64,000 bases of DNA. Origin: Yuukianura sp. NJ FZ-2021 (taxonomy: Eukaryota). The DNA lies in the NCBI GenBank assembly GCA_046563655.1, contig CM102286.1:12090001-12154000 (forward strand), given 5' to 3'. A program made the translations under genes and the position numbers. A model generated the notes under the pieces. That model was not told the origin of the DNA, ran no database searches, and saw only the letters and a list, made by a program, of their open reading frames with translations. The first letter of the stretch is position 1; each line of letters opens with the position of its first letter. Shown piece after piece: positions 49,001 to 62,363 of this stretch.

Positions 49001-52000
49001 AGCACTTCCATTTGTTTTGTATTTAAACATACCCCGAAGGCTATAGAGTATAAGAGCAACAGAATCCAATGGACGCAATATTTTTTTAAAAATTTAAAAA
49101 ATTGAACAAAAAAAAGTTCGGGTAGATTTTCAAAACAAATTTTTTTTTAGATTTCCATACCTAGTAGGTCGGATTTACGTAGAATAGCTTTTAAAATTTT
49201 ATGCGTTTTGTTAAATGTGTAAAAATTTGAATTTAAGTTACTATTATAAATGCTAAGTGTTAACTTCTTTTTTTTTTAATTTCAAAAAACTTGCGTTAGA
49301 CCCTGGTTGCATTAGGTAAATTAAAAGTTAACTTTTGGAACATTTTTTTAATAGATTTTAATAAAAATTGAGTTTTGAGGGTTGGTTAAACCTTTTTTGA
49401 AGTGTTTTTTTTTTTTTGCCAAAAGTGTTCAAAAGTTTTGAGTTGGTTCAGTGTTACAACCTAGGGTGAGTTTTGGATTACAAAAATTTTCAAAATTTTG
49501 AGGATTTGCAATGCTGCCGAAAAGCCGGAAAGTGTGAAGTACGTCTTTAATTAAATTTCCGAATGGTTTCCTGGTGGCCAGAAGAGAAAGTAGTCGAGAG
49601 GATGACGAGGAAGGAGAAAGCGATGAATTTGATAATTATGTTCTCATCATTACTTTTTTCTTAAGTCGAGTTTCCTGGAGATGAAGAAGAGGAAGATGCG
49701 AAGATGATGAGGAAGATGAAGGTTTCTTTTCATTAGGAAATGCTTTAACTTTATTACCTCATGGTCCACAGGCAGGGATCAAAAGTCACTTTTCCATGGG
49801 TTCTGGAACACTTTTCTATACGCTAGGATAGGTTTTGTCTAGCGCTGCTTCATATACAAAAACTCTCGACCTGGCGGAAGCTAGGATCAAAAATCTTCCA
49901 ACCAAAAATTTATGCTTCACTGAACCTTACCAACAAAATTTGTTCCTGGTTTCCTTAAATCTCTGATCTCATTTTTCCCACGGTCACAATTCACTAACCG
50001 CAGAAGCGGAATGAGCCGTTCACTCCATGGGGAAGAAAAATTCTGGACAAAATAGCTATCCACAGGCACCATAATAACAAAAAGTGACTTTCAGAATATC
50101 CGGAATACGCGTCAAACTCGAATCTGAAAACTCAAAATTTCAAATTTCTGAAGTTAGTTTGAAATTACAAGACCAAGGTTATAACGAACAGCCTAAGCAG
50201 TAAAAAGTTTTAAGCGATTCTCAGAATTTCCTTCAGGAGTTTCATCATTTTTGGTGCGTTTATTGTTTATGTTTTTGGTTTTTGAAGGTTTTCAATTTGT
50301 ACTTTTATTGCCGCAGGCAAAACAACAACCGGAAACATTTTGATGCACGAGTCAGGGTCAGAGCTTATAAAATTTTATATTGCAACAACAAATTTCAGTT
50401 CTCAAGATTGAGAAACTCTATGAAGCCTAATTTCAATCTCTGAGTCATCCAAATTTTTCAAAATTCGATGCTTCATTTCTATGGTTAAGCAAGAACGTGA
50501 TTTTAGGAGGTCAAAGGTCAAATTTGTGGTGACGTCAGAAAGGTTTTGTAAAAAATCCGTTTTCACAAGAAATCAATTTTGGTAATACTCGTTTCTCTCA
50601 ATTGCCAAAATTTTTGGAATTGGAGTTTTCCGCCTACACACAATTTTGTAGTGGCTTGATGAATTTGATCTTATTTCTAAATCGACAAGTTTTCTAAAAA
50701 AAAATCAAGTGCCAAGTCGAATGTCACTGAACAGGATCGATTTTATACAAGAAGTCGTGCCAAAAATCAGCCGAAATGCTCATGATACATGAGGTTCAAG
50801 GTTAAAGGTCACGCTAAAAGTTGGAAGAGAAAGTGCTTTCTTCTGAAAAGAAAACCGAAAAACTAACTTTTGGCACAAATCATGCAATTTTCCTTATAGC
50901 GTTGTCCCTTTTCAACTTTTGTCTTTTAATCATTTTGGATGATCTTGTACCAAGTACGCTCCACTGCATTTAGTCTTTTCGTCTTTCACTGGCTTTTCCA
51001 CTTTGAACAAATTTGAAACATAGTCGAGAGATGATCCATCTTAGGAGAAAAGCAACTTTCTTGAAGGGCGATGTGTTCTAGTGCACCCTTGACAAAATGG
51101 TTACAAAGCGCCCATCATCCAAGAAAAGCTCCAATCTTTTCATCTTATTAGACTCTCAGGGTTTTACTTGAGGATGACAAGCATATGACAGTTGATCCAC
51201 CATGTCATCAAAAGTAAAGACCTACGTCACGGTCTTTTTCAAAAAAATTCAAAAATAACCGCGCCACGACCCAACTTCCACTATAAGCTCGATCCTGCTT
51301 TTTCCAAAACACAAAACTTTCGTGTTTTTCGAAACTACTAACTTTAAAAATTCAGAGTTTCCAACCTCCAATTTTAGTTTAATTGTAGCCTACGCCAACA
51401 ATTTTGAACATTTTTTGAAGTAAAGATTGATTTGATTTTTCAAAATTTAAGAATCCTGTAACTGTTAGAATAGTTGAGTGTGTTAGAGCTGTAAATTACA
51501 CAGTTATGGGACTTGGACAGTCTAAAACACTAATTACGACGATAGTGAAAATGGTTTATAGTCTTCAGGGACCACTTTGGGCGAAACCCGGCCATTTTCT
51601 GCTCCCCAATTTTTGCAACATTTGCCAAAGATTAACGTTACCTCAGTCTTATAGCGTCATAACCTAACTATACGCTAGAACTACCAAAATCGAGCGTGTG
51701 GAGGGCAGATGCCAATTAATGTGATGCGACAAGCATTAATCGTAACAGCTACCGCTAGCGTTAGCGCCCGTGCAAGATCTAGTGCTACAAATGTCATGTG
51801 TGCTTTTACATCGCTGGTCTTAGTGACAGATAAATTACCGCACTAAGGTCGCTACGGCGTAAAACTTTGAACGTTGAGTTAGTGGCATTGGTTAGTTTAA
51901 CGTTAGGTTGAATGTTATTACAAAAAGCTCTAAATCTGCCAAACCACACTTTAGGTTAGGGCGGGCTTAAGAGTATGTCGCGGAGTGAATTCCTTTGTTC

Positions 52001-55000
52001 ACTAATAAATTTAAAGCCAATGTCAAAGAACTGAACATCCTTGAACTGTTGAACTTTAATTTTTACCTCGTGTGGTAGCATTTTAATTTGTTTATAAAAC
52101 ATTTTGACTGCGGAACGCTTTGAAGATTTGGGTTTCACTAAAACTTTAAACTTTTTGAAAAAAAGATCCACTTTTGAGTAGAACCAAGAAATGTTTGTTT
52201 GTTCAAAGAAATAATTTATTTAGGTTAGGCGAAAGTATACTTAAGTTGGTTGAGGTTTTATTAAGCTCGGTTTAACAAAACAAGCAACTTTTTTAAACTT
52301 TCAAGACTAAACAAGCATTTTTACTATTTCATTACAGCTGGGTCCAATTGAAGTGGAACATGTTTGAAAAAGCGTGAGAAAATTTAATTTCGGTCGAACA
52401 CTTTTTTTTTGGTCTAGACTCGTGCACCCTACTTTCAAGTTTCAGTTTCAGCAGAAACTCTGTCGGATCTCGACAGACACAAACCACTACGATCTTGATC
52501 AAATTCAAAATCCAGTTTCCGTTTCCCCTAAAAAAAAGAACTTCCATAAAAATCTTGAAGTTCTTAACTTTTCAGGAAATTTGGAACGGTTACAGTTTTT
52601 TCCTTCCTTTTAGAAAAGAAAAAGAATCCAAAATGGATTCTGACTTTTTCCATAAATCACGAAACCAAAAAAAGTTTACTTTGGTTGCCAAAATTGCTTT
52701 TTCATTAATTTCCCTTTGATATCGATAGTACTCCAAGTTATGTCTGGTTGACATTTATTGACAAGTCTATCCTCAGACTTTTTCATATGCTTAGTGCTTA
52801 CGACTTCCGACTAAAGTGACCTTTACGTGGTTTCAATGCCACCAAAATACTTTATGCATTTTATAAAATGGATTGCGTGGTGTGGTATGAAACAAACGAA
52901 CAAAGGCCGAAGGTTAGACGAAATGGCTTTATTCATGTCATGTCATGCGCGGCAAATTCAACTTTTGTCAATCTTATACGCATACGCACAGAATTAATCG
53001 AGGTTCTGCTGGATTCTTTTAGTAATGACGGTTGAGGTATTTCCTTAATGCAAAGAAGAATATTCTATTACACGCTAAATTTCAACGACCCCCGTTTCAA
53101 TTACTAATTAGTTCAGTAATTAGTTAACTAATTACGATTAAAATTCTATTAACATTAGCAACTTATCCTAAAATGTGCTTGTCTAAAGTAATCCGAAACT
53201 GTTAACCTTAGCAATTCAACATAGTTTAAACCGAATAGCCTAAACCAAATTCACCATTTCTGGATTTTGACTAATTTTTTTTTTGGATTTTTTGGATTGG
53301 ATTATTGGATTTTGGTGTGTTTTGGCTTAGGGTTAAAGAAAATTTGACTTTTTCAAAAAATTCCTTTAAAAAATTGAAGGACAATTTTTTTGAACGTTTT
53401 CCAAAAAGAAAATGAAGGTAGAGACAAATTAATTTAAGGGAAGTATCCTATTCGGTTTTTGAATTTGATCAAAATGTAAAATCTGAAGAATTGGAGCCAC
53501 TGTAAGAATCTAATTAAAAAGTTAAGGAAGAGGCGTGTGACTCTGGTTCTAATTCAATTCCGAAAACCGACAGTGGAATTAGATTCCTCTTACCTTTCTC
53601 CTTAAATTTTCTTACGACTAACGAATAGACTTGGAGAGAAAAGACAAAAAGGTTTTAAGGGCTCCCAGGGTTTTAAACTGTAAGCTGCTACTCGGAAAAT
53701 GCACTACTGCGCGCCAGTGGTTAAACACGTCGACCTGTTTTGGCTGGAATGAAATTAAAAGCGCGGGAGTAGAGGAAGCTTTACATGTCGAAACAGCTGC
53801 CATATTAAATAATTTAAACTCAAAGCGTGAGCACAAAGCTTTTTTTTTTGGTTTAGCACGGAATGGAGGCAGTTTCAAAATGTCACCGAAGTAATTTTGG
53901 TGTGGACGCCTTGAGTATGGGTGTAGAAGCCGAAAATAGAAAGAAAAAACAGGGCCAGTGGATTTTATTAGTAGTAGGTGGACTAAATCGACTATGTTAG
54001 GTTAGCCTAGGCCACATGACGTAAATAACTGTTGTAGTGCAGAAAAGTTCGGCAGGTATCGATTAGGTAATGGTCGGACATAGTGCTGAAGGAGGAGGAG
54101 ACGTAAATAGCTTAAGCCTGGACATGGATACGGTTGGAATCGAAGAGTGCGGAAAACTTATGTTAGTTTTTTGAATTTCCCACAATTTTAGCACTTGCTC
54201 TCTTCTCATGTATTATTAACGTTACCATAATTAGCGTTAGTAAGTGGCTGACCTCCTGCGTTGTCAAAATACTAATGCTTCCCCATTTCAGATTTTACTA
54301 GCCGATTAGAACACGTGGCAGAGGCAATAAATTCTTGATCAGTATAAGGAAAACCATGTTGTGGGCGATAATTTTCTTACATTTTGAAACATGTTTTGAG
54401 TTTTGAAAACGGAGTAAATTTTTTAGGTTTGAAATTGAATTGCAGAAATTCTCAAGGCGGGAAATTGCTTTGACCTTTTACGAAATTTTCAGTTTAGGTG
54501 AAGACGTACGGGAGAACAAAAATAGATAGAGTTAAATTCGAAATTAAAAAAAGTAGAATTGCAATCGAAGAATTGCAGATTGTAGGCGAAGGTTTCGACC
54601 TTGACGAGTGTTTCAAAAATTTATTAAAAGTCAAGGTGGTTAGACATGTTGATTGATTAATTTTGAATATTTTATTAGAAGGTACTTTGTCATTGATTTA
54701 AGTTGTCATTTTTTGTCAAGGTTGATGCCAATATTGGTTTTCAAGTACAAGAAAATTCGACACGGCTATTTACAATTGGGAATTTAAACGTTATCTCATG
54801 TCATGACATACGACGTAAATAATATACCGAAATTCATCATATTATATATGTTGTGTAAGAAAATGTAACAGCGAGCATAATAGCACTAACATCATTTAAC
54901 TTTCTGATCAATTTTAGTCCAAAGCAATTAAAATTGCAATATACATAGTGATACAGCAATCCAAATTTTTTCAAATCAAAGAAAAATTTTTTCTATAGTT

Positions 55001-58000
55001 AGTTCCTTCTGCTGCACTTTTTTTCAGTTTATTTTGGCGTTCTTTAAAAAACATTAAGGTGATAGTGCAGCACTGTGAAAAAATTATTGGTTTTAGAAAA
55101 CTCCAGATTTTTCAAGATATTGAAAGTTTAACGACGTCGTTTTGAAGAAGTAGTGTTAAAAACCGTAATGTGAACTGCTAATATTAGTTTACATCACCGT
55201 ATGCTGTTGAGTGCCTTCGTTAAGCCTCTTTCACACCGGATACGCCGCAACAACTGCCGACGGCAGTTGTGACGGCGTAACAAACTGCCGTAGACAGTTG
55301 TTGAAGGGTTTCACACTGCACCACCGGTTCTTTTTACGCCGTAAATTTTTTCTACGGAAAGTTTTACGCCGGTCTCGGTGTGATACAGCTTCATTTGTTC
55401 ACAATTCTTGAAAGGAAACTTTCAGTGTCATATGGGACAACCAATGAAGTAGATGAATTGAAAACAACCGAATCATTACTATTATTGATGTGCAATTGTT
55501 CCATTACCATTCTTTGGGAGGTGTAGCCGACGTATTTCGGAATAGGGTGATGTATTAAGACAAATTAATAGTTAATTAGCTAATTAACTATTAGTTAACA
55601 CTTAAACAATGTTAATCCTTTTGTTTTTCTACTTTCGTACTGGTGATTTGATTATGTAGAAAGAAGTGGGGAAGGATGATCAGCTGAGATGAGATGAGGA
55701 ACTTTCCGTCCGGAGCACTATGGCACGGGAAGGTCAAAAAAATTTAAAAAATCTGAAAATACTCTATTTTTTACGAGGAATTCGAATTTTCAACTCCCGT
55801 TTCACAAATCTCAACCATTTGACCTCTGGAGGTCATAAAAGGTCAAATTTTGAAGTTGCTCAGAATAGGTCGAGTAAGGTATCGTTGGAAAGGTCATTTG
55901 TCACTGATTTCAAATTTGTATGCATATTGACTTTTATTTTTAACCATGTGACCCCTAGAGGTCATAAAAGGTTAAAGGAAAATTCAAATAACGAATGACG
56001 GAATTCACAAAATTCAGTTGGTATCCGAATACGATTCTAATTTTATGCAGTGTATTTAGATTATAAACTTAACTGGAATTCAGTGAAGTGTACAGATATA
56101 TTACAGATCCATCACGAATGGATTACAAGCTAATCATCATCTAACGGAAGTTCTTCTTCTTCCTGTAGCTCGATTTCCACCAAAAGTTTATCAATATCGC
56201 TCACGCCACTGAAATCTGTGTCATTGTCAGAGTCTCCTCCATCCTCTTCATCCTTTTCGTCATCATCTTGTGCTGTACTTGCGGATGGTTCGTCAGGCTG
56301 CGCCAGCAAAGCCAGTACTTCTTCTGGAATTGGATACCTGTTATAATCAGTGTTTGCATAAGCTAGATTTAGGTACGTTGAATGAAGTGACGAGTTTGTA
56401 GTCTAGTGCACATACCTTACTCTTTTGTTCATTCGCATCTGAAGATCGATGCTTGATAATATTGGATCAGAGGTATCCATGGTTCTAAGAAACATGTCTC
56501 CCATGTTATCCCTTCTTGTAGTTTTCCTAGCATGATCCAATCTGAATTTTCGATAATGTTTGTTCCTCGCTTCTTGAGCATCTTCTGCTAGCATTCCGAC
56601 TGGCAATATACTATGGGTAAGGATTTGGGAACCATGGATAAGAATTTTATGGAGCGTAGCAGGCATAGGATACCAGCTGTACAGTGCCACATAAGCTTCT
56701 GCTGTTTGTTTGCAAAGTTCACCAAATAGAACTGGATCCAAAGGCAGCTGGCATGAAAGTGCAATCAGAATTGTCCTGAAGTTCTTGACCAGTGAAACAT
56801 CTAGACCAAGAATTGTTGCAAATTTTTCATAGTTTCGAAATGCGATCCTTGCAGTATTGCCATCATTCGTGGTTCCTGCTCCTTGTTTCACGTAATCTAC
56901 ACGTATACCCAGCGCATCTCGTAGTTCGTGCTGTAATTGTTCCTTTCTGATGGCTAAACTTGTGTTTCTCTTCCCTCCCGGAACTCTCCAAACTGGGGGA
57001 TTGAATGCTAGCCGATAGGAAATATGCAAGCAGCACTCAAGTAGCCGAATCCAAGCGTGCAATGGGCTTATACCATGCTGAAGATTGGCGGGGTTCGGTG
57101 TGAATACTTCCATGCTCATGTTTCTCAAGTCGTTGAACTGAGATGGTTTTGCGGAACAAATGGGGCAAGATTGAGATGAAGAATTGGTTTTGATATTTAG
57201 AATCTTCCCGTCAATCATGGTCATCAGCAGAATGAAGTTGACGTTCAATTCTTGGCCTGTAGTTTCAAGCATCAATTTACACGGCTGTAATGTCCGGATC
57301 TCGGCTTCCATCTTTTCAATTTCGTGTAGAACGAGTTCTTTGGATTCTGGTTGAAATTGAAGCCGGACTGGTCTGCAAAATCGTGGTGATTGAGGCGTTA
57401 AATTATTCCAGAGGATCACTACATCTCCCTCTTCTGTGATTCGCTGTAACCGCAATGGAGAAATTGTGGTTGCAAATAAACTTGCATCGTTGACAGCAGT
57501 AGCACTTCTGTTTTTATAAATGGAATGATCAGAGCTTCCATCACAACCCCAAGACACAATAAGTTGAAGATCAGCAGCCTCACTGGTATGCATTGCGAAA
57601 AATGTGGAAATAACGTTGTCCTGAAGTTTAACAATGCGACCGACAGTATGATCAAGCAGATTTTGAAGCAATACTTCCGCTTTTGCATCATCAATGAAAA
57701 GTTGATCCATGGATGGTCGACAAGCTAGCTTCTCTTGCGCAACTCTGTTGTATCCGGGAAAGATCAGCACATCATGCTCAGCAACACCTTTGGAAATCGC
57801 GATGTATTGACTCTTGCTGAGGTTATTGGCCAGAATTAAAGACAAAGCTTCGACACAAGTGTATTTCCGAGGTTCCTTCTTTTTTTCAGCAAACAGGGTC
57901 CGTCTTGCTACTGTCAAGGAGTGTGGACTCCTCTGTGCCACTTGCAGAATTTTGGCCAAATCCTGTCTGCCAGCAGTTCGGGCAGCATAAGTTGCGGCAC

Positions 58001-61000
58001 ATACGAGTCGTCTCGGAGTACCAGCAAACTGTCCCGCAATATGGATTGCGTCTAGTCTCCTGGAACTATCACCCAGCTCATCATACGGCAATTTTGGTCT
58101 GCCTCTGCCGCGACCCCGGCCAATTGATGTTGGTTGTGCAAGATCCAGCTTTGCAGTTGCTGAATGCCCAGTCTCTTTTTGTTCTTCCATTCCACGGCCT
58201 AGGCCAACTGAAGATAACGGTTGAGGCAAGCTTTGTTCGTCAACAGCAGAAACCACAGAGCTTGATGCTGAGCTAGATGTGTCGGATAATTCCATGTCCG
58301 GAATCTAAGAAGCATAAATTGTGTATCACAAACATTGGTGATGACGTCAGTTTAAAAAACAGTATAAAAAATTCACTAAATTACCTCAAATTCACTTTCT
58401 AACCAGCTTTGGTTTTTCAAGCTGTATGTACGGCGATTGCGGCCTGAACGATTCCATCTGTCCTTGTCCCTAGAACGCAGAGCACTAACAGATTTTCGCA
58501 GTTTTTCAATGGCAGCTTCTGCGAGTCTGCGACGATTGATTCCCAGCTTCTCAATAATATATTTTACTCCAGCCTCGACATCTTCTGTGGTGGAATCCGT
58601 CTTAAAATTTTGGATAACGTCGCCCTTCGTAATCACTATTTTGTCAGACATCTGAAATTACAAAATAACTAATGTCATTTTTCTCTCGAAATTACTTTCT
58701 CCAGGATTCTCCAAAAACAGAATACATATGAATGATTAAGCTAGAGTAAACATTAAAATATTACCTTGTTATGAAACAGATTTGATAAAAAGTTGGATTT
58801 GAGCCTTTAATTGTGAATAGTAATACAAAACCAACTATGAAATGAATTTTGTGTTGAAATTGAAATTTTAAAATGTGTTGTGTTTGAGGTGCTCCTGTCT
58901 CCCTCCTGTAAGGAAGCCGCAGCTGACCGCAAGGAATAATAAACTACTATGTATAGGCTTTAAGCCTATATAGTCCCCTCCCAGTTTGGACCCGGGACTT
59001 GACGGTGCGGGCAGTTGGAAGTTGTGCCCATGCTGGTATGGGCAAACTTGGTTTGAATACATGGCGCTATGAGGCCAAAGCGTTGACCGAAAAATTTGAA
59101 ATTTTGCACAAAAATCCCTTAATGATAAAGGTATTTAAAAATGCAAAAAACTCAGAATCCATACGGCGGTATTTTTTGAATTTTTTTGACCTTCCCGTGC
59201 CATAGTGCGGAGTTGGTCCAAAAGTTGAAACTTTTCAACTTTTGGGGCTCCCATCTCCTCCTGTAGGAAGAGTTGACGGCGTAAAATGTGACGGCGGCAG
59301 CCGTGAGTCAATGTGAACACCACACCCGTCTTCCGCCGTCAACTTTCTCTTCCGTCGGCCAACTCACCGCCGGTGAGTTGGTTTGGTGTGAATGGATACG
59401 CCGTCACAACTGCCGTCGGCAGTTGTTGCGGCGTATCCGGTGTGAAAGAGGCTTTAGAAAATGACTCCAAATCCCTCTTCCTTATGTCCATATTATTACT
59501 GCTTTTCAGTGTTATGAAAGGTTTGGATTCATTTGATGGGAACTTTGGGAGAGCGATAGGTTGTTAATGTTAGGTTCACCAAGTGGGAAAACTGTTTATT
59601 TTTCTAATCTTAAGACAAGCGTTGTTCCTTCAAAGGCGCTTAGCACTGCTAGTATAGCATCGGAGGTTGTAGGTTACAAAAAACCAGGGAAGTTAAAGTT
59701 AGGTTACGTCTCCAGATACTGTAATTTCCCTCTTGAAGACCTCTTAACCGTCGTACATGCCCTATTTCATTTCTTCGAAAAGTTTATGAGCCCTCTACTA
59801 TCTCTAAGGCCAGGCCAAGGACTTTCTCCAGAATTAAATCCTTAATTTTATCATTTCACTTTCTTCTCAACTTTCCCTAACGACGTTTCGAGCACCACAA
59901 AGTGCAAATTTCGGTTTATTCAAACTGAGTTTGGATTCTAAAAAAAAACTTCCTGTGCTTGCGCGTGCGCATTCACTTTTTATCCTTATTCTTTTAACTC
60001 ACATTTTATTTTAGTGTATGGAGAAAGTCAAAGATTGAGGAAAAAAAAACTTTTAATCCGGCAACAACCTCAGATTGAGAGGTGTTGGATAGTTGCCAAA
60101 TTTTCTTTTTGATATTTCTGAAAGATCTAGACGCTTTTTTGCACTTTATATAGAAAAAATGTGTCTGAAATTTTGAGACTCAGCCAGGGTCAAGGAAGCG
60201 AGTAGACGATCAATGTCATCTTCAATGACAGGCAAAATGAGTATATCTCGTGCCAAAATTGTGATGTTCCTTCCCTCAACTGCATTTTTTCGGACTTTTT
60301 TTTTTTTTTAGAATTTTTTTTCACACATTTTATGGTCCAGTTTGAAACTCCAACAGATAGCGGAACTTGATTTACAAACGGGCAGCCGAGCGTTTCAAAT
60401 TCCTGCCAATATTTCGTTTTTTAAGAAGCGTAACCACAAGAAACTTGCAACTTTCGAAATTTGTATGTGTCTATGTTCGTGTGTAATGGAGCATGTTCGG
60501 GCTTGGCATGTTTCTAAACTCTAAATTCTGAATTTCTAAATTCTAAAACACATAAAACACCAAAGAACTTCTTTCGTGTTGAGATGTGCTTTAATTCTAA
60601 AAAGATTTTCAGAAATTACAAGTCTAAGGCTATTCGTTTTCGGTTTTTTTTTCAGAAAACTTTGAATACGGTTTTCAGCAACTTCAAGGGCGGGGTTATT
60701 TCGAACTTTCAAAAAAGTTTTTGGTTGATCCAAAATAGTACTCAACTTTTTTCAGTGCTTCCCGTTTCCCATGTTTCCCTCTTTTCATTTTTTTTTGAAA
60801 ACTCGCGCTTCCAGTTCCAAGTTACTTCTTTCTCTCAGTCTTGGCAAAAAGTAATTTGGCTGATTGAATGGATTTTTGGGGGAAGTTTTTGGAAGCAGGA
60901 AGATATAAAAAGAGACGTACGGTTTTTCGGCACAAAAAAACCGTAAATCACTTCAACTACCAAGCCTTCCTACTTTTTTCCTGCCTTAGACTTGTTCAGA

Positions 61001-62363
61001 TGTGATAAATTAATTCATTTGATTTCTTTTATGATTTATTTTACACCTTTCTTGGCAAAGAAACTACCTTGGCCTAACCCAGTTTCCTACAAATAAAATA
61101 TAATAATAAAATAATTAATATATTATATTTTTATATACTATAGGTTGCTCTTAACTCACTCAAAGGACTCATCTACGTCAGCATCATCGTGGCAGCTGTG
61201 ATTGGGAACATGCTCGTAATCGTGTCAGTAATGCGACATAGAAAACTCCGCATCCTCACCAATTACTTCTACGTGTCACTCGCCCTGGCTGACATGCTTG
61301 TAGCCCTTTGCGCAATGACTTTCAACGCTGCCTTGGCTCTCAACGGAGGTGAGAAAAACAAGAAGAAAAAAAATTTCTACAATTTTTTTTGAAATTTTAA
61401 AAAACTTAGCAGCGTCTTCCGGCTTAAAATGACAGAGACAGATTCTGAACAGTTTCTCAACCTTAGCACTTTTTCTTTCCAAAATTTCATACTTTCAGTA
61501 GACTTTTCATTTTAAAGTAAAGCCGGAGTCTCTCTACACTTTTTTTTTGAATTGCTGGAAAGTAACAAGATGGCTCCAAAGTTCAAACTATGTTTTTCAA
61601 ACTACGCGCTAGCAACTACGGTCTGACTCGTTTTAGGAAGATTTGTAGATAGCAGATGCTACACGCTAAGGACAAGGTTGGTCCAAGGCAATAAAATCTT
61701 ACCGCGGAGCCTACGGTTAAAGTTTTCCAAGTTTGAATTTTGCCGCTGCGCCATGTTCCCTATGCCGCATTTTCTGGCTTTAATGGATTCTCTTCTTTAA
61801 AAAATGAGTTTTTCAAAACGGAATAGGTTTAGGCGTTCAAATGGGTTTTAGAACTTTTTCAGAAACTTAATCTAACGTCTAACCTGCAGAAAGACGTGAA
61901 TAAAATGGTAATACTATTTGAAATCTGGGCCTGTTCAGCTCCTGGTGAAAGTTCTCCTTGACCTTTGACCTCTAGCTCCTCCTTCTTCCTTAAGCATAAG
62001 GAGATTATTGGTCCTAATGGAATAATAGAAGAGTTCTAGCGTGGTAATTGGCTTCAGGCTACAATTTCCTTGAGCGTTATGCCTCACGACGCTCTTAATG
62101 TGATTTGCACTTAACCAGTTCATTATTGTATTATAAAATTCTTGTATTATATTATATTCATGTGTTTTATTATATTTGTGTTGCTGCAGGGCGATGGCTC
62201 TGGGGAAAGGTGCTCTGTGATGTGTGGAATTCCATGGACGTCTACTTCTCAACAGCATCCATCCTCCATCTTTGTTGCATCTCAGTCGATCGCTACTATG
62301 CCATTTGTCGGCCACTGGAGTATCCTCTCAAAATGACGCATAAGACAGTACGCATCATGATTG
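46063..62363 (+). CDS. Beta-adrenergic-like octopamine receptor (class A GPCR), 5' part: exons 46063-46215 (probable), 61144-61348 and 62190-62363; presumably continues beyond the window
   Basis: TM1-2 [42 protein letters not shown] and TM3 [30 protein letters not shown] are typical of Octbeta receptors. Exon 46063-46215 gives an N-terminus with NDS and NET sequons and a phase-0 GTAAGT donor that fits the acceptor at 61144. Subtype not assigned. Confidence 0.9.
55716..59207 (-). mobile_element. Full-length Transib DNA transposon, 3492 bp
   Basis: 37-bp TIRs CACTATGGCACGGGAAGGTCAAAAAAATT(T/C)AAAAAAT with one mismatch; GC-rich 5-bp TSD CGGAG (55711-15, 59208-12); encodes a Transib transposase. 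Confidence 0.97.
56130..58651 (-). CDS. Transib transposase (RAG1-core homologue), 787 aa, 3 coding exons (58385-58651, 56416-58304, 56130-56337)
   Basis: Catalytic D-D-E in WGCDGS, MIDGK and EDAQEARNK; zinc ligands CPIC and [23 protein letters not shown] and NDGNTAR blocks; GRGRGRP hook. GT-AG introns 58305-58384 and 56338-56415 keep the frame. No internal stops. Confidence 0.93.

Larger units (their letters stand above)
55223..59453. mobile_element. PIF/Harbinger-like MITE (about 734 bp before interruption) split by the Transib insertion
   Basis: Perfect 57-bp TIRs AGCCTCTTTCACACCGGATACGCCGCAACAACTGCCGACGGCAGTTGTGACGGCGTA (55223-55279, 59397-59453); TTA TSD (55220-22, 59454-56). Confidence 0.92.

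Noticed and set aside
55716..59207. ProtoRAG (RAG1L plus RAG2L) element
   Set aside because: No second convergent ORF or kelch/PHD-like coding; only about 410 bp lie beyond the transposase stop; no RING region.
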